Sequence record: OR983333.1
DNA: 64,000 nt
Strand: one strand, 5' to 3'
Source: Escherichia phage 1-6af
The notes under the pieces: generated by a model
The model's database searches: none
What the model saw: only the letters and a program-made list of their open reading frames with translations
Told to the model about the DNA's origin: nothing
In this document: positions 11,101-22,208 of the stretch, one piece after another
How positions within the stretch are numbered: position 1 is the first letter of the stretch
Layout of the letters: each line of letters opens with the position of its first letter
Position numbers and translations under genes: made by a program

Positions 11101-12608
11101 GGTTTATTAACACCTATAACAGAGAAGTGAATGCCTTCAACAAAGCCAACAAGAACTCTCAATACGAAGCTGCTGCTAAGCATTTACAGGCTCGTGAAGA
11201 ACGTCTTGCTACCCTCAGGAAAAAGGCTCAGGCTCGTTCGGATGCTAAAGCTGCTGTTGAGAATGAACGTAAAACCCTAGAGGCTATTGCAGCTCAGAAG
11301 AGTGAGATTGAGAAGATGATGGAAGGTTTACCTAAACCTGTTCGTGAGGCTCAGGAATCTCGTACATTGAAACAGTTGGCTGCTCACCACGATAAGAACT
11401 CTCCGGTTCCTCCAGAGAAGTTCCGTAGTTATATTGAACGTATTCACAACGCCGAGTCAGATTACCTTGATCGTCAGCGTCGTTTAACTGATGCAGAGGA
11501 AGATGCTCGTCAGGCTAAGTGGAATAAGATGTATGAGCAAGCGGAAGAGATGAACCGTAAGTTTGATGTGGACAAGAGAGTTAAGCGCAGTGAAGAGCTT
11601 AAAGCGGCCCAAGAGCGAGAGAATGACCTTATGGCAGTACAACGTCAACGTGATGACATTCATCGCCGTCTGATGCGTACTATGGAAGATAAGGGCATAT
11701 CTAGAGAGGATGCTGAAGCGTTTGCTGGTTCCTACATGGATAACCGTTATGCACTTCTCGAGAAGCCTATGACTCCAACTGAACATCAGAATGCTCGCTC
11801 TCGTATTGAGGCTGATGTTGAGAAGTTCGCTAAGAAGTACGAATCAATGACTCCTATCGAGAAAGAGATTGTTAAGGTTACTGGGGATACTGAAGGTAAG
11901 CTTGATAACTTGGATGCTGATACTAGGAAGGCTATTGAGGAGGCTCAGAAGGTTGACTCTGATATTAAGAAACTGCAAGAGGAAGAGTTGGAGATGGAGA
12001 AGATTCGTTCTGCTCTGCCTGACGATGAAAGATCTCAAGCAAATTCTGATATCTTGGAAAGCATTAAACAACAGGAAGAGGTCTTTGCTGATAAAGTAGA
12101 GAAAGCTTTCTTGAGTGGTAAAAGCTTGGATGAGTTGGCTAGTGTGGCTGAAGTTTTAGACAGGGTTCATGGTGCAGATAAGGCTGGTAACAACCGTCGC
12201 TTTGTACGTGCATTGCAGACTGCTGCTGAAAACAAGAAGAAGTATGGTGATAATCCAGTAGCTTGGTTTAGTGCTGATGATTATTCTGCTATTGCTAAAC
12301 TTGGTGCTTCTTCCGCAGGTGGTAACAAATCCAGAGCACTGGAGAAGATCTTTGGTTCTACAGCTGAACAGGCTAAGAGTAAGTTGCTTGGTAGGGATGA
12401 TGTAGCGAAGATGAGACGTGTAATTGAAGAGAACCCTGATATTAAGATTCCTTCTTACAAGACAACGAACCGTACTGAGTACTTGAAGTTCTTGGAGAAG
12501 TTTAATGACGAAGGGAAGCCGAAGATTAAACGTGGCTCATTGTCAGAGAAGCTTGAACGCAGTAAGCGTCAATCGAGACTCCGTGTAAGAGTTCGACCTA
12601 AGGAGTGA
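8187..12608 (+). CDS. large internal virion protein (ejection or tape-measure-like)
   Basis: About 1474 aa, Ala/Glu/Lys/Arg-rich coiled coil; ATG 8187 with AAAGGAG RBS (ORF-track start 8142 lacks an RBS). Confidence 0.45.
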   Translation: MANIKPWEEASKAPAYLNASPEQQAQMREQYKAAGGSIPEEQPVAQPQQEERGAIGEFAQGVSNALQSGGANIAASAAKGIGGLVEIGENLAGAQTSYGKRIQENSQNLLKERMDKIEDGIGKTVGQYAGVAGDIGMTVANPLAAAAIIAGRETGRAYADQTPEEGEDKSILDAALVGGANYAAQRILPGAVGTAESTLGRIGQNVASNAVAGAKGGALVGAAEAQNKHGDDTTFANVLEGAIEEGAMGAAFGGAVGGVHGLISRPDSAVFKNTPEYAKTDIAADDELIRSAKNIDELKEAYSKAETANAASALNLLDENGFRITDAVAVDSPAAQRILNTDQARAEKAASVQKEHSNIPGLNPLASPAKTRGKAFADNEHNQKQAVAMKDAMADYTKDNTKALTDVLDNLDRELTSLRASGDFTGSPIDIKNRTQADRDFIDAYKTFYNEANRFKARDGEDFNNFVEKAAELQKMADNVSPEMKKAIGGLKKLKGMPEGFNPIQDAYTLNNTAKFMSNQDRGWTSLTDDGFREASSPSLVMNTLGAAKYALNRFSSQRARSQRVKQQESNSEAIRSLARGDLEVARAKSTADEARAKMEEEPVVDDIKFKTQNDVETEPVRESSSSTVTEENPPSSAPQETPLTARDLVAQRRAIRQAEQRRAEEEALAAQEAPVEQAPQAEPLPARNPLEERRAMEQQRAQEEAAQAPEPTVEEPTVKAEPLPARAPKAPKEAVQDVKPASGVERLAAMSSAARQATKDRAERFARSLYSKAAKAKATAENFLAYKGDPKELMRRIRQEDNAINTERHEEMARNQLASQQGIATAKNNTVRTNFAEWVKERGLPEDIATKALRAEEKGLGGNVTNLDSLKRRAERLYQKQREDEFDRLYQQALEENKAFDNKNAPKLVDQKKELQSEIDALIDSEPLRPAQKDAMRKLMNDFVDGKFKSSEKAGREEALEVGQMKDIWDGFINTYNREVNAFNKANKNSQYEAAAKHLQAREERLATLRKKAQARSDAKAAVENERKTLEAIAAQKSEIEKMMEGLPKPVREAQESRTLKQLAAHHDKNSPVPPEKFRSYIERIHNAESDYLDRQRRLTDAEEDARQAKWNKMYEQAEEMNRKFDVDKRVKRSEELKAAQERENDLMAVQRQRDDIHRRLMRTMEDKGISREDAEAFAGSYMDNRYALLEKPMTPTEHQNARSRIEADVEKFAKKYESMTPIEKEIVKVTGDTEGKLDNLDADTRKAIEEAQKVDSDIKKLQEEELEMEKIRSALPDDERSQANSDILESIKQQEEVFADKVEKAFLSGKSLDELASVAEVLDRVHGADKAGNNRRFVRALQTAAENKKKYGDNPVAWFSADDYSAIAKLGASSAGGNKSRALEKIFGSTAEQAKSKLLGRDDVAKMRRVIEENPDIKIPSYKTTNRTEYLKFLEKFNDEGKPKIKRGSLSEKLERSKRQSRLRVRVRPKE

Positions 12609-12616
12609 TAAAAGAA

Positions 12617-12657
12617 AAGCCCTCAAGGAGAAATCCAAGAGGGCTTTATTTGTTTCT
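12617..12657. terminator. terminator at convergence of rightward and leftward blocks
   Basis: AGCCCTC / GAGGGCT stem followed by TTTATTTGTTT, at the point where the plus and minus gene blocks converge. Confidence 0.5.
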
Positions 12658-12971
12658 AAGTTTTAAAAACCATCAAATTCGTCATACATCCCAATTCTCT
12701 TCAGAAGTCTGGATGTTCATCTTCAAAGCATCCTGAGATGCCTCCGTAGAACCAATCTGATTTACTACCAAGAATAACAACTTCTTCATTCATATAACCC
12801 CCTAGATTGTGTTTATAAAATTAATAAGCTTCTCTTCACTTTCATCAAAAGCTTTTCCAGCTGCTTCCATCTCCCAAGTGTCGGCGTTGTTGATAAAACT
12901 CTGAGCTTCTAATAGGTCGTGGATTAAGTCGAAGAGTTTATTTTTATCTGCTTGTGTGATCATGTCAGTTC

Positions 12972-13199
12972 CTAGATTAAATCGTAATACTGAATAATAT
13001 CAGAGAGTTTGAACTCTCGAATCTCATCTTTCTCTACATCTATTGCTGTCATAATCCAACAAGGTTTGCCACCGTTATGAAAACGGGAGCTAGCAACGGA
13101 GGTTCGGAGTGGAATAACGGACCGGTCAGCAACCTCGCCTCTCCAATTGCGATAGCGAAAGCGAAGCACTTGTTGCGTAGATTTTTGATCATCACTCAT
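12972..13199 (-). CDS. hypothetical protein
   Basis: ATG 13199 overlaps the stop of the HNH gene (ATGAGTGA); the open frame extends to 13334. Confidence 0.35.
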   Translation of the reverse strand: MSDDQKSTQQVLRFRYRNWRGEVADRSVIPLRTSVASSRFHNGGKPCWIMTAIDVEKDEIREFKLSDIIQYYDLI

Positions 13200-13593
13200 T
13201 TCCTTTTTTGAATTGTTTTCTTGCATCATTCTCTTCTTTTGTTTTAATCTTATGACAAGGGTCTTTACATAGAACCTGAAAACCTTCTTTCTCACACAGA
13301 GCACGAGAGATGATTTCATCCCAAGTTGCTTCATGATCTAAGGGAACTATAGGCTCTATGTGGTCAATAGCCATATCCTTTACAGGGTGGTCAGAACCAC
13401 ACATGGCACATTTAAAGTGCATTGCCAGTCTTCCTGTCTTCGGATTAATCTTCTGCTCTGTCTTGGCGTCTGCTAGTGCATCGAACATGGGCTTCCACTT
13501 TCTAGTCAGAGAACGAATCCCTGACTTGATGAAAGAGTTGTAACGAGCTTCAGTCCACATTCCACTACAGCGAGTCTTCTCAGACTTCGCCAT
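13192..13593 (-). CDS. HNH homing endonuclease
   Basis: CxxC ... DHIEP ... C..CH zinc/HNH motifs. Confidence 0.7.
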   Translation of the reverse strand: MAKSEKTRCSGMWTEARYNSFIKSGIRSLTRKWKPMFDALADAKTEQKINPKTGRLAMHFKCAMCGSDHPVKDMAIDHIEPIVPLDHEATWDEIISRALCEKEGFQVLCKDPCHKIKTKEENDARKQFKKGNE

Positions 13594-13759
13594 AATCAGC
13601 TTCTTCCCAAACTCGTTTGTTTACACGATGACTCACTTTGCCCTCACGAGGAATACGACCAGTTCGCTGATCAAACAGTTGATGTTTAATCTTTTGATCT
13701 TTACGAGATTCACGATTGGATGAGTTTTCATCATATGAACGATAATCAAATTTACCCAT
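13580..13759 (-). CDS. hypothetical small protein (59 aa)
   Basis: Below ORF-track cutoff; ATG 13759 with AAGGA RBS; hand translation. Confidence 0.3.
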   Translation of the reverse strand: MGKFDYRSYDENSSNRESRKDQKIKHQLFDQRTGRIPREGKVSHRVNKRVWEEADYGEV

Positions 13760-13772
13760 TATAATATCCTTA

Positions 13773-14615
13773 TTACCAAGATTTATCTAACCATGTCCAG
13801 TCGAACAGGTCTTCCGGAGCCTGACCAACAAAGAGCAGCCGAGCATTCTCAAGCATCTTCTCTTCATCTTCAGTATCGAACTTCTTATAGTATTCCATTC
13901 GTACTATATGATACATGGTCCACTTATCTGTAACACCAGCCAACAATTTAGCTGCTGCCTTCTTCCCTATTCCTTGACGTCGAAGCTGAAGCTTACCGCC
14001 CCACATAACTTCTTTACGTTCCCCACATCCGGGGATATTATCCGTACCATCTCCAATCAACATTTGATAGAAGAAGTTTTGCCATGAGACTAAATCGGAT
14101 ACATAGTGAGGAGGAACTTCTTTCTGTCTTTCTCCACAAGCCCAGCGATAATGCCATCCGGGAGTTATCAACAAATCCTTGTCTCTAGTACAGATGATAG
14201 TATTCTTATCCCTACGTTGTCTTTCAGCTAGTGCATCATCAGCTTCTCTCCCAAAGACCTCAATGTATTCGTACTTGGCTTTAATGTAATCACCAACGTT
14301 TTGCCAGTGAAAAGGTCTTTCTCCGGGAGGTCTGTTTGCCTTGTAGTCTTGCTGCTTAGCAACATCAAAACGGAAGTTACCGCCTTCGCTGAAGTAGAAC
14401 ACAACCTTACTGCAACCTGAGCGAGCAATGATTGTATCTATCTTGTACTGAAGTCGTTCAATCATGAAATTGTAATCAACTGGAACACGTCCTGTGTCAA
14501 GAAAGGGATGCTCCTGAGTAAGAGCACCCACTTCATATCGAAGAACGTCAGCATCCACTATAGCAACTTCAGGGAGCTTAACTTCTTCCATAAATATCAT
14601 CCTGAGCTTGAGCAA
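13773..14615 (-). CDS. 5'-3' exonuclease / flap endonuclease (FEN, RNase H-like)
   Basis: C-terminal GDGTDNIPG motif and acidic DKD cluster typical of phage FEN. Confidence 0.7.
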   Translation of the reverse strand: MLKLRMIFMEEVKLPEVAIVDADVLRYEVGALTQEHPFLDTGRVPVDYNFMIERLQYKIDTIIARSGCSKVVFYFSEGGNFRFDVAKQQDYKANRPPGERPFHWQNVGDYIKAKYEYIEVFGREADDALAERQRRDKNTIICTRDKDLLITPGWHYRWACGERQKEVPPHYVSDLVSWQNFFYQMLIGDGTDNIPGCGERKEVMWGGKLQLRRQGIGKKAAAKLLAGVTDKWTMYHIVRMEYYKKFDTEDEEKMLENARLLFVGQAPEDLFDWTWLDKSW

Positions 14616-15467
14616 TAATCCAATCTAGATCTGAGACTGCTGATTCGATGGTTGAGTCATTAAACAGTAGATATGTTTTTCTCTGTTCGCCTTCAATATA
14701 TGAACGAGAGTCTCCATCAAAAGAGCAACCATCTCTAAGAACTTGGACAACTTGGACATGGAAATTCTTTTCTAGTTCTCGTACCTCTGCATCAAAACCT
14801 CCGTCAGTAAACACGACAATATCATCCTGACCTAGCCCTTCTTGTTTGATACTTTTTACAGCAAGATTCCCCATATGATTGTTGCCAAACATAGGTTTTA
14901 AGAAGTCTTCACTTGTAGAAATCATCAAATCTCTTACAGACTTCCCTCCCCATTCTGGTCTATGTTTTTCTTTCCATTCACGATCTTCATAGCGTGCTAG
15001 AAAATTTTCTAGAGGTATTCCTAGTGCAGCAGCAGCTACTCTGTACATTGGCTCCTTGAAGGATTTGGTTGAATATCCGTGGTGGTATGAATGGGCATTG
15101 ACCCAAGCATTGGCTATCGTATCTTTACCACAACCCGGAGGCCCATTAAGAATTACTACTAAAGGCTTATAGTGGGAATCTCCCACCATATTGGTCAGTG
15201 CTGGATTGCCTTGAGATTCCATTTCTAATTGCTCCGTGTGGTCATGTGAGTAATCTACTGGAGAAGTTTTGTTACCAGTAACTTTAGGTAAAATCGCTCT
15301 AGTTGTTTCTACGTATCTACCGCCATCAACATTGATTTGAAACTCTACAAGTTCATTCTGTAATTCATACCCTGATAAGTTGGATAGCTCCTCCAACTCA
15401 TCTCTGACGAAATTTAAATGTTTGATTTTAATTGCAAGAGCTTTCTTTAAAGCTTTTACCTCTTCAT

Positions 15468-15477
<10 letters not shown>
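14578..15477 (-). CDS. P-loop deoxynucleoside monophosphate kinase-like protein
   Basis: GPPGCGKDT P-loop and FTDGGFDAE / VQVLRDG motifs resembling T4 gp1; about 100-aa N-terminal coiled-coil extension. Confidence 0.5.
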
Positions 15478-16963
<1,486 letters not shown>

Positions 16964-16964
<1 letters not shown>

Positions 16965-17224
16965 TATTTTATTCCACGTTCTTTCAGAGCTTCTAACAAT
17001 CCATTGTGATTGGCAGCACATTCTGTGTACTGGTCCTGATACCACTCCAATGTAGTGGCTAGTGCTTTTCCTTGAGCACTCTCTAAAAGAGGTAGGTCAA
17101 CCCTACATTCAGCTTTTAGGTTTGTTGGTAAGGGCATTGATTGCCTGCTGTTGTCGCTCATTGAACAAGCTGACATACTCATCACTAGCGCAGACATTAT
17201 AAAAAACTGGTTTAGTTTTCTCAT
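16964..17224 (-). CDS. o-spanin (Rz1-like lipoprotein) candidate
   Basis: Signal/lipobox-like MSALVMSMSAC, Pro-containing periplasmic segment; overlaps the 3' part of the i-spanin ORF in another frame. Confidence 0.4.
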
Positions 17225-17459
17225 AATGCATCTCTTTATAAACGGTTTCCGTGTTCTTCTTCCAGTTAGATAAACCGGTAAGAACTCTCTGAGCAACTTC
17301 ATCAGCTGCTCTATTTCTTTCAATCTCTAACTCTTGTTGATGTTTCTCTTTATCCAGATTACTACTGTCTGTTTGGTACTCGTTAAACTTCATACCACCA
17401 AAGAACACAAGAGCTGAGAAAACGATAAACCCTAAGTTATCACTTAATGTGTTTTGCAT
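17109..17459 (-). CDS. i-spanin (Rz-like) candidate
   Basis: N-terminal TM helix then coiled coil; ATG 17459 with GGAGA RBS. Confidence 0.45.
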   Translation of the reverse strand: MQNTLSDNLGFIVFSALVFFGGMKFNEYQTDSSNLDKEKHQQELEIERNRAADEVAQRVLTGLSNWKKNTETVYKEMHYEKTKPVFYNVCASDEYVSLFNERQQQAINALTNKPKS

Positions 17460-17470
17460 GTTGTCTCCAA

Positions 17471-17495
17471 CGAAAAAAGCCACCCGGAGGTGGCT
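17471..17495 (-). terminator. intrinsic terminator
   Basis: GCCACC-tccg-GGTGGC hairpin followed by TTTTTT on the minus strand. Confidence 0.55.
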
Positions 17496-17517
17496 AAGCT
17501 ATAACAAGGAGAGTTAT

Positions 17518-17931
17518 TTATATGAATTTCTGCATACCTTTGATACGAGGGTTATCATCACCAACTCTCGATTTACAGTAAGCGATAAAAGATTCAGTAT
17601 TGAGGTTATCTTTTTGGGAACCCCACTGAAGGTTGTCTGCTCTATTGTTGCTCGGATTATCATCCAGATGCATAACAACAGCGTTAGGAAAAGGTTTATC
17701 ACCGTGAAAAGTCTCACACACTAAGATATGAATCCTTTTCTTAAACTTTCTTTTCTTGTTTACAAACACCATTCTTCCATCTTTCTCTCTATATCCGCTA
17801 TATGGTTTTCCTACGAAAAGCCTAACTCCACCATTATTCATTATGGCTGTGAAAGGCTTAATCTTAACTCTACCAAAAGATGATACGGAAAGGAAATCAT
17901 AATAGGGATGATCTTTCCAGACTTCTTCCAC
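17518..17931 (-). CDS. HNH homing endonuclease
   Basis: HxxxxN...N HNH core (HLDDNPSNNRADNL). Confidence 0.7.
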   Translation of the reverse strand: MEEVWKDHPYYDFLSVSSFGRVKIKPFTAIMNNGGVRLFVGKPYSGYREKDGRMVFVNKKRKFKKRIHILVCETFHGDKPFPNAVVMHLDDNPSNNRADNLQWGSQKDNLNTESFIAYCKSRVGDDNPRIKGMQKFI

Positions 17932-17940
17932 TATTTATCC

Positions 17941-18687
17941 TCAAAATGGGCTATCGTTGTCGTCTTCATAAGTAGAAGCAGGCTCTTTATCAATCGTAGG
18001 GATTGAAGGAGTAGCTTCTTTCTGATCTGTTTCAGAAGCACGAGTAATTTCACGACCAGCCAGAGGCATGTTCTTAGCGTCATTAGCTTGAGTAAGCAGG
18101 TTGCGCTGGAACGGGAACATCAGTTGATAGGATGCTACGTTCTCATCGGTTTCAGCATACGGTTCGAAGAATACCAGAGGACTACGAGCTTCACCAACTG
18201 CTGCACGATATTTGGTTGGGATTGGAGAAATGGTCTTGATGGAGTTTTTAACTTCACCAGCTTTGTTAGTGTAAGAGTTAACCAGAATGTTAACAGGCTG
18301 ACCTAACAGAACATCCTTGAACCAAGACAGATCACCTTTCAGTGCTTGAATACTTGGGTCAATCATCTTGCAAAGATCAAGAATACCAGAGTTCTTAGCT
18401 CGTGGGTTTACATCATAGCTCTTGAACTGGCAAGCCGGACGTGGTTCTAATGCCTTACCATCGGAATCTTTACCAGTAGCATCAACACCAATCAGCTCGA
18501 AAGCTAAATCCATACGGAAAGCCGGATTCTTAGGAGTTACTGCTTTGGTCTTCGGGTCAATCCAAGGGTCACGATTGTGAACACCCAAACCTACTACACG
18601 AACGATACGTGCTTCGTACTCACCATCAGGGATTACATCGTAGTTGGATTTACGGGAAGAAGTTGCGATAGTTGGAATCATAGACAT
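17941..18687 (-). CDS. single-stranded DNA-binding protein
   Basis: Acidic C-terminal tail ending DDNDSPF (SSB-type); sits in replication block; AAGGAAAT RBS. Confidence 0.55.
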   Translation of the reverse strand: MSMIPTIATSSRKSNYDVIPDGEYEARIVRVVGLGVHNRDPWIDPKTKAVTPKNPAFRMDLAFELIGVDATGKDSDGKALEPRPACQFKSYDVNPRAKNSGILDLCKMIDPSIQALKGDLSWFKDVLLGQPVNILVNSYTNKAGEVKNSIKTISPIPTKYRAAVGEARSPLVFFEPYAETDENVASYQLMFPFQRNLLTQANDAKNMPLAGREITRASETDQKEATPSIPTIDKEPASTYEDDNDSPF

Positions 18688-19103
18688 ATTTTAATTTCCT
18701 TATTTAATTTGAAAGATTGTTGCTCTCTTTGAGCGGTTATGTATAGTATACATTACGCTTATACCGATAAGAGTACTATATAATATAAGTATCTTTGGTA
18801 GTAGATATAACACACTAGTAATGTATATATTGTATAGCTGATAAAGTTATTGCAGGCTTGTATATTGGGCAATTCACAGAATCCCTTGCAAGTACCGAAG
18901 GGCAGGAGCCACCTGCGAGATAAAAATAGAGAATTAAGGAATCCTTGATTTAGGTTGTAGGGACTCCTAGGGACTTTGATTCTCTATTTAAAAGAATATT
19001 AATTACTTATTACCTAAATAATTAACTAACTTACTTAAACCAAATTCAAGAACAATAGATAAAAAGATTATTCCTAAGAAAGCTAAAAAGTAAAGGATAT
19101 AAG
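18688..19103 (-). promoter_or_regulatory. AT-rich intergenic control region upstream of the SSB gene
   Basis: 416-bp ORF-free AT-rich region with short inverted repeats (AGAGAAT ... ATTCTCT). Confidence 0.3.
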
Positions 19104-19352
19104 TTACCATTCAAGTAAACCTTTAAAGTTAGATTGTTCTACTATCCTCTGATAGTGAAGATTAGAATCAGCTTGTTTCTTTAACATCTCATTATATTGA
19201 TCTCTGATAGAGTCTTTATAAACTACAGGTTCTTTAAATAATGAGATCTTGTTCTTTTCTTCTTTCATCGAAAACCTTCCTAATCTCTTGCAGAGAAACA
19301 GCTTTATAATTAATTTGCTCCATTGATGTACAGAAATATCTCCAATCATCAA
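19104..19352 (-). CDS. hypothetical protein
   Basis: ORF in operon; 5' end overlaps the upstream gene, start may be internal. Confidence 0.3.
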   Translation of the reverse strand: MMIGDISVHQWSKLIIKLFLCKRLGRFSMKEEKNKISLFKEPVVYKDSIRDQYNEMLKKQADSNLHYQRIVEQSNFKGLLEW

Positions 19353-19737
19353 TTACATGATTATGGGTATGAGCATAAATATTAAACTTCCCTCTCATTT
19401 CATCAGTGTGAATAGGAATATGAGTTACCCAAAACTCTTTATATTTATAATCACCAGAGATTCTACGGAAGACTTTCATCATATCAGGGAGAAGTTCTAA
19501 CCTGTCATGGTTCCCTAAGACTAGATGCTTCTCTCCTTTTACTTCAGCGATGATATCAAGGGCATACTTTTCAAACACCCAATCACCGGTAAAGAATATT
19601 TTGTCTCGCTTAGTTACATGATCAAATGCAGCTAGAATTGCTTTGTCATGTTCTTCGATGGTTTTAAATTGCTTACGAAAACTACAGATGTTGCGATGAC
19701 CTAAGTGACCATCTCCTGCAAAATAAACTTCAGCCAT
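19234..19737 (-). CDS. calcineurin-like metallophosphoesterase
   Basis: GDGHLGH ... GDW ... GNHD metallophosphatase motifs. Confidence 0.6.
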   Translation of the reverse strand: MAEVYFAGDGHLGHRNICSFRKQFKTIEEHDKAILAAFDHVTKRDKIFFTGDWVFEKYALDIIAEVKGEKHLVLGNHDRLELLPDMMKVFRRISGDYKYKEFWVTHIPIHTDEMRGKFNIYAHTHNHVIDDWRYFCTSMEQINYKAVSLQEIRKVFDERRKEQDLII

Positions 19738-19746
19738 AAAGACCTC

Positions 19747-19962
19747 TTAGATAGTACACCCATCACAAGTTAAGTCACCTAGCAGGGATAGGGAAAGTAA
19801 TCTGGATTGCTCATCACTATATAGTTGATCAATCTCTTCTTTAAGTTTTGCCAACTCAATGAAATTGATAAGTTGACCATGTTCGAGACAGTCTGTTTTT
19901 AGTATAAATAAAACTTCAGCGTCTGTTGAATCTTCACTTGAATATTTATCAATGTATTCCAT
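19747..19962 (-). CDS. hypothetical protein
   Basis: Acidic 71-aa ORF with C-terminal CDGC; operon context. Confidence 0.35.
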   Translation of the reverse strand: MEYIDKYSSEDSTDAEVLFILKTDCLEHGQLINFIELAKLKEEIDQLYSDEQSRLLSLSLLGDLTCDGCTI

Positions 19963-20117
19963 TTTTACTCCTATTAATTATGACCAAGATTTAGCTTTTA
20001 CTTCGACGTATGTTTTAACTTCACCTTTCAAGACTTCCTGAGAAGCAATTGCACTTTCCTCAGAGTGATGTACAACGGTGATCTCTTTCTTTCCAATCTT
20101 ATAAGTGTGAATCCAAA

Positions 20118-20318
20118 TCATACTTCTTCCTCATATTCCCAATTTCTTTCATAATATCCAGAGTTGTAGTTTAGGGCGCACTTCTCAGCCTCTTCTATGT
20201 CGTCAGTGTTTAGGATATTTACCCACCCTCCAACTTCATCAAAACCTTCTTCTTCTTCGTTAAACCATACACTATACTTTTTCATCGAGAAGTTCTTCCC
20301 CAATCTTTTACATAGCAT
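20118..20318 (-). CDS. hypothetical protein
   Basis: Acidic 66-aa ORF; operon context. Confidence 0.35.
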   Translation of the reverse strand: MLCKRLGKNFSMKKYSVWFNEEEEGFDEVGGWVNILNTDDIEEAEKCALNYNSGYYERNWEYEEEV

Positions 20319-20454
20319 CGACCGTTAACCCACTTTGTCTCTGACTTAAACTCTTGAGACAATCTCACTTCACAGTCTTCTCTACTGGCATCTCCTCCGA
20401 TATCAATCAGATACAGGAATAGAGCTATACCTAAAGCCCAAAGAATTATCTTCT

Positions 20455-20847
20455 TCATCGAATCACCAAAGGCTCTTCAGAGTACACAGGAGCGGCTATT
20501 TCTACAGGAGGTGCTGCCCTAAGGTCATTAAGTCTTACACCCTTCAGCATCCCATCTAGGTGGTCCTTTTGGGGGATTCCAACAGGGAAGTCGTCAATCC
20601 AGATATCTACAAAGAAACCTAGCTGCCGACATACCTCATCCTTCTGTACACCATTGCAAAAGATGATAGGAATTTGCAAACACTCTGCATCAATCTTAAT
20701 GTCGTGATTATCATACCCATTAGGCTCTGCAAAGCGATAAGTTACAAAACGTACATCATAACCTTTGGCTTGCATTAATGCCACCACAGAGCGCCACAGC
20801 TTTTTATCTGAGGTGTAAGTGTCATCGTAATCTAAACCAATATTCAT
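20455..20847 (-). CDS. HAD-like phosphatase (nucleotidase-like)
   Basis: N-terminal IGLDYDDT (DxDxT) and WIDDF motifs. Confidence 0.45.
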   Translation of the reverse strand: MNIGLDYDDTYTSDKKLWRSVVALMQAKGYDVRFVTYRFAEPNGYDNHDIKIDAECLQIPIIFCNGVQKDEVCRQLGFFVDIWIDDFPVGIPQKDHLDGMLKGVRLNDLRAAPPVEIAAPVYSEEPLVIR

Positions 20848-20863
20848 ATCTAAATCCTTTAGA

Positions 20864-20888
20864 CAAGAAAAGCCGCCCGAAGGCAGCT
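20864..20888 (-). terminator. intrinsic terminator
   Basis: GCTGCC-ttc-GGGCGGC hairpin followed by TTTTCTTG on the minus strand. Confidence 0.5.
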
Positions 20889-20894
20889 TCTTAT

Positions 20895-21092
20895 TTAACT
20901 GTTCACTTTAGCTTCAAGTGTTTCATTTTCAATACTCAAGTCAATCACTACACCAGTAAGCTCAACGACTGCTTGGCGAAGGGCATCTTTACCCATAGAG
21001 TGTACTTGAGATAAGAAGAAAGCTTTACCTTCTTCAGTGGATATGGTTTCTTTCAGTTCAGTTGCAGTCATTCTTTTTCTCTCTCTTTCCAT
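20895..21092 (-). CDS. hypothetical protein
   Basis: 65-aa ORF; operon context. Confidence 0.35.
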   Translation of the reverse strand: MERERKRMTATELKETISTEEGKAFFLSQVHSMGKDALRQAVVELTGVVIDLSIENETLEAKVNS

Positions 21093-21248
21093 AATTCAGC
21101 CAGTTCTAAATAATATTGTGCTTCATCAGCACGTCCTTGTTCACTACAGATGGCGCTTTGACGATAACACCAATCCGATGGCATCTCTTCCACTTCAATC
21201 TCCTTGTTACGAACCAATCAATAAGAATAGTTCATTCGTCTTATTTAT

Positions 21249-21440
21249 TCACTCTGCCAATGCAGGTATCTCTAATCTCTTAATTGTGAATGCTTTGTCT
21301 GGAAACTTTCGAACTAGCTCCGCTGCTTTGCTAATTGCTAAGTTCTCTGTTTCAAAGATACAGAATTGACTATTCAGCGCGGTAATAGTGGAGCCACCAC
21401 TGAAGATGGCCCAAGATTTATAATAATCACGAACACTCAT
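21249..21440 (-). CDS. hypothetical protein
   Basis: 63-aa ORF starting right after the polymerase C-terminal exon. Confidence 0.35.
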   Translation of the reverse strand: MSVRDYYKSWAIFSGGSTITALNSQFCIFETENLAISKAAELVRKFPDKAFTIKRLEIPALAE

Positions 21441-21448
21441 AACCCACC

Positions 21449-21601
21449 TTAGTGCGTATGCATCCAGTTAAGTCCAATCTGACAATCAGATGCCAGAGGA
21501 CATTCCATGTTCAAGTACTCACCAGCTTTCTTAACGCAAAGCTCAGTGTGCTCTTTGAGTTTCTGTACATCGTTACGATTAACTGAGAACTGGCCCTCAT
21601 C
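21449..21601 (-). CDS. DNA polymerase (family A) C-terminal exon / segment
   Basis: Hand translation DEGQFSVNRN ... GLNWMHTH*; continues exon 1 as ...VIDMH|DEGQ..., restoring an HDE motif-C-like sequence and a T7-like C-terminal ...G.NW...H. Confidence 0.6.
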   Translation of the reverse strand, partial: DEGQFSVNRNDVQKLKEHTELCVKKAGEYLNMECPLASDCQIGLNWMHTH

Positions 21602-22208
21602 CATTTATGTTATTCCCAAATTACTTCGGGTATCGGACTATATCATAACAGCATAGCTAATTTGCTGTTGTTGGCGCTTCGAGGGTTTCCCTGTTAACCC
21701 CCTACTCCCGCAGGATAGTCTCTACACTTTCCACTTTCGAATCCATCTACAAGCGATTCCAAAGCTCACACCAAACCTTTCTGCAAGAGCAACACCAGTG
21801 CATTCATTGTTAAGCCAGAACTCTTTAGCAGCATTCTGTCTTTCTCTGTTTCTGCCAGTGTTTGACTCGATAGCATGTGCACTACCTTCTAAGATTTCTA
21901 GATGGTCAGTATTGCAACAAGCTCTATTCTTGCATTTATGGTTAACTTCATAACCGTCAGGGATGTTTCCAAATTTCTCTTCCATGACGTATCTGTGATA
22001 CATGACCCATTTGCCATTTATCATTTTTCGAAAGTAACCATCTTTATTTAGTTTGTGTGAGATAGGGATGATACATCCTGTGCTAGTTGTTTCTAGCACT
22101 AGATCTTTCTTAGCCATATCACCTCCTAATAGCTTAGCTCGGTATTGCCCTCAACTTAATGGTCGGGTTTCACCGAGTTCACCAACTTTTACATGCACAA
22201 TGAAGTTT
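21602..22208 (-). mobile_element. putative group I intron carrying an HNH homing-endonuclease ORF
   Basis: Exon 1 ends ...AUGCAU; intron nt 11-16 GUGCAU can pair with it (P1) giving a U.G at the splice site; intron ends in G; reading frame is restored across the junction. Confidence 0.5.
21722..22117 (-). CDS. HNH homing endonuclease (intron-encoded)
   Basis: HNH motif YEVNHKCKNRACCNTDHL; own AGGAGG RBS; lies inside the polymerase interruption. Confidence 0.7.
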   Translation of the reverse strand: MAKKDLVLETTSTGCIIPISHKLNKDGYFRKMINGKWVMYHRYVMEEKFGNIPDGYEVNHKCKNRACCNTDHLEILEGSAHAIESNTGRNRERQNAAKEFWLNNECTGVALAERFGVSFGIACRWIRKWKV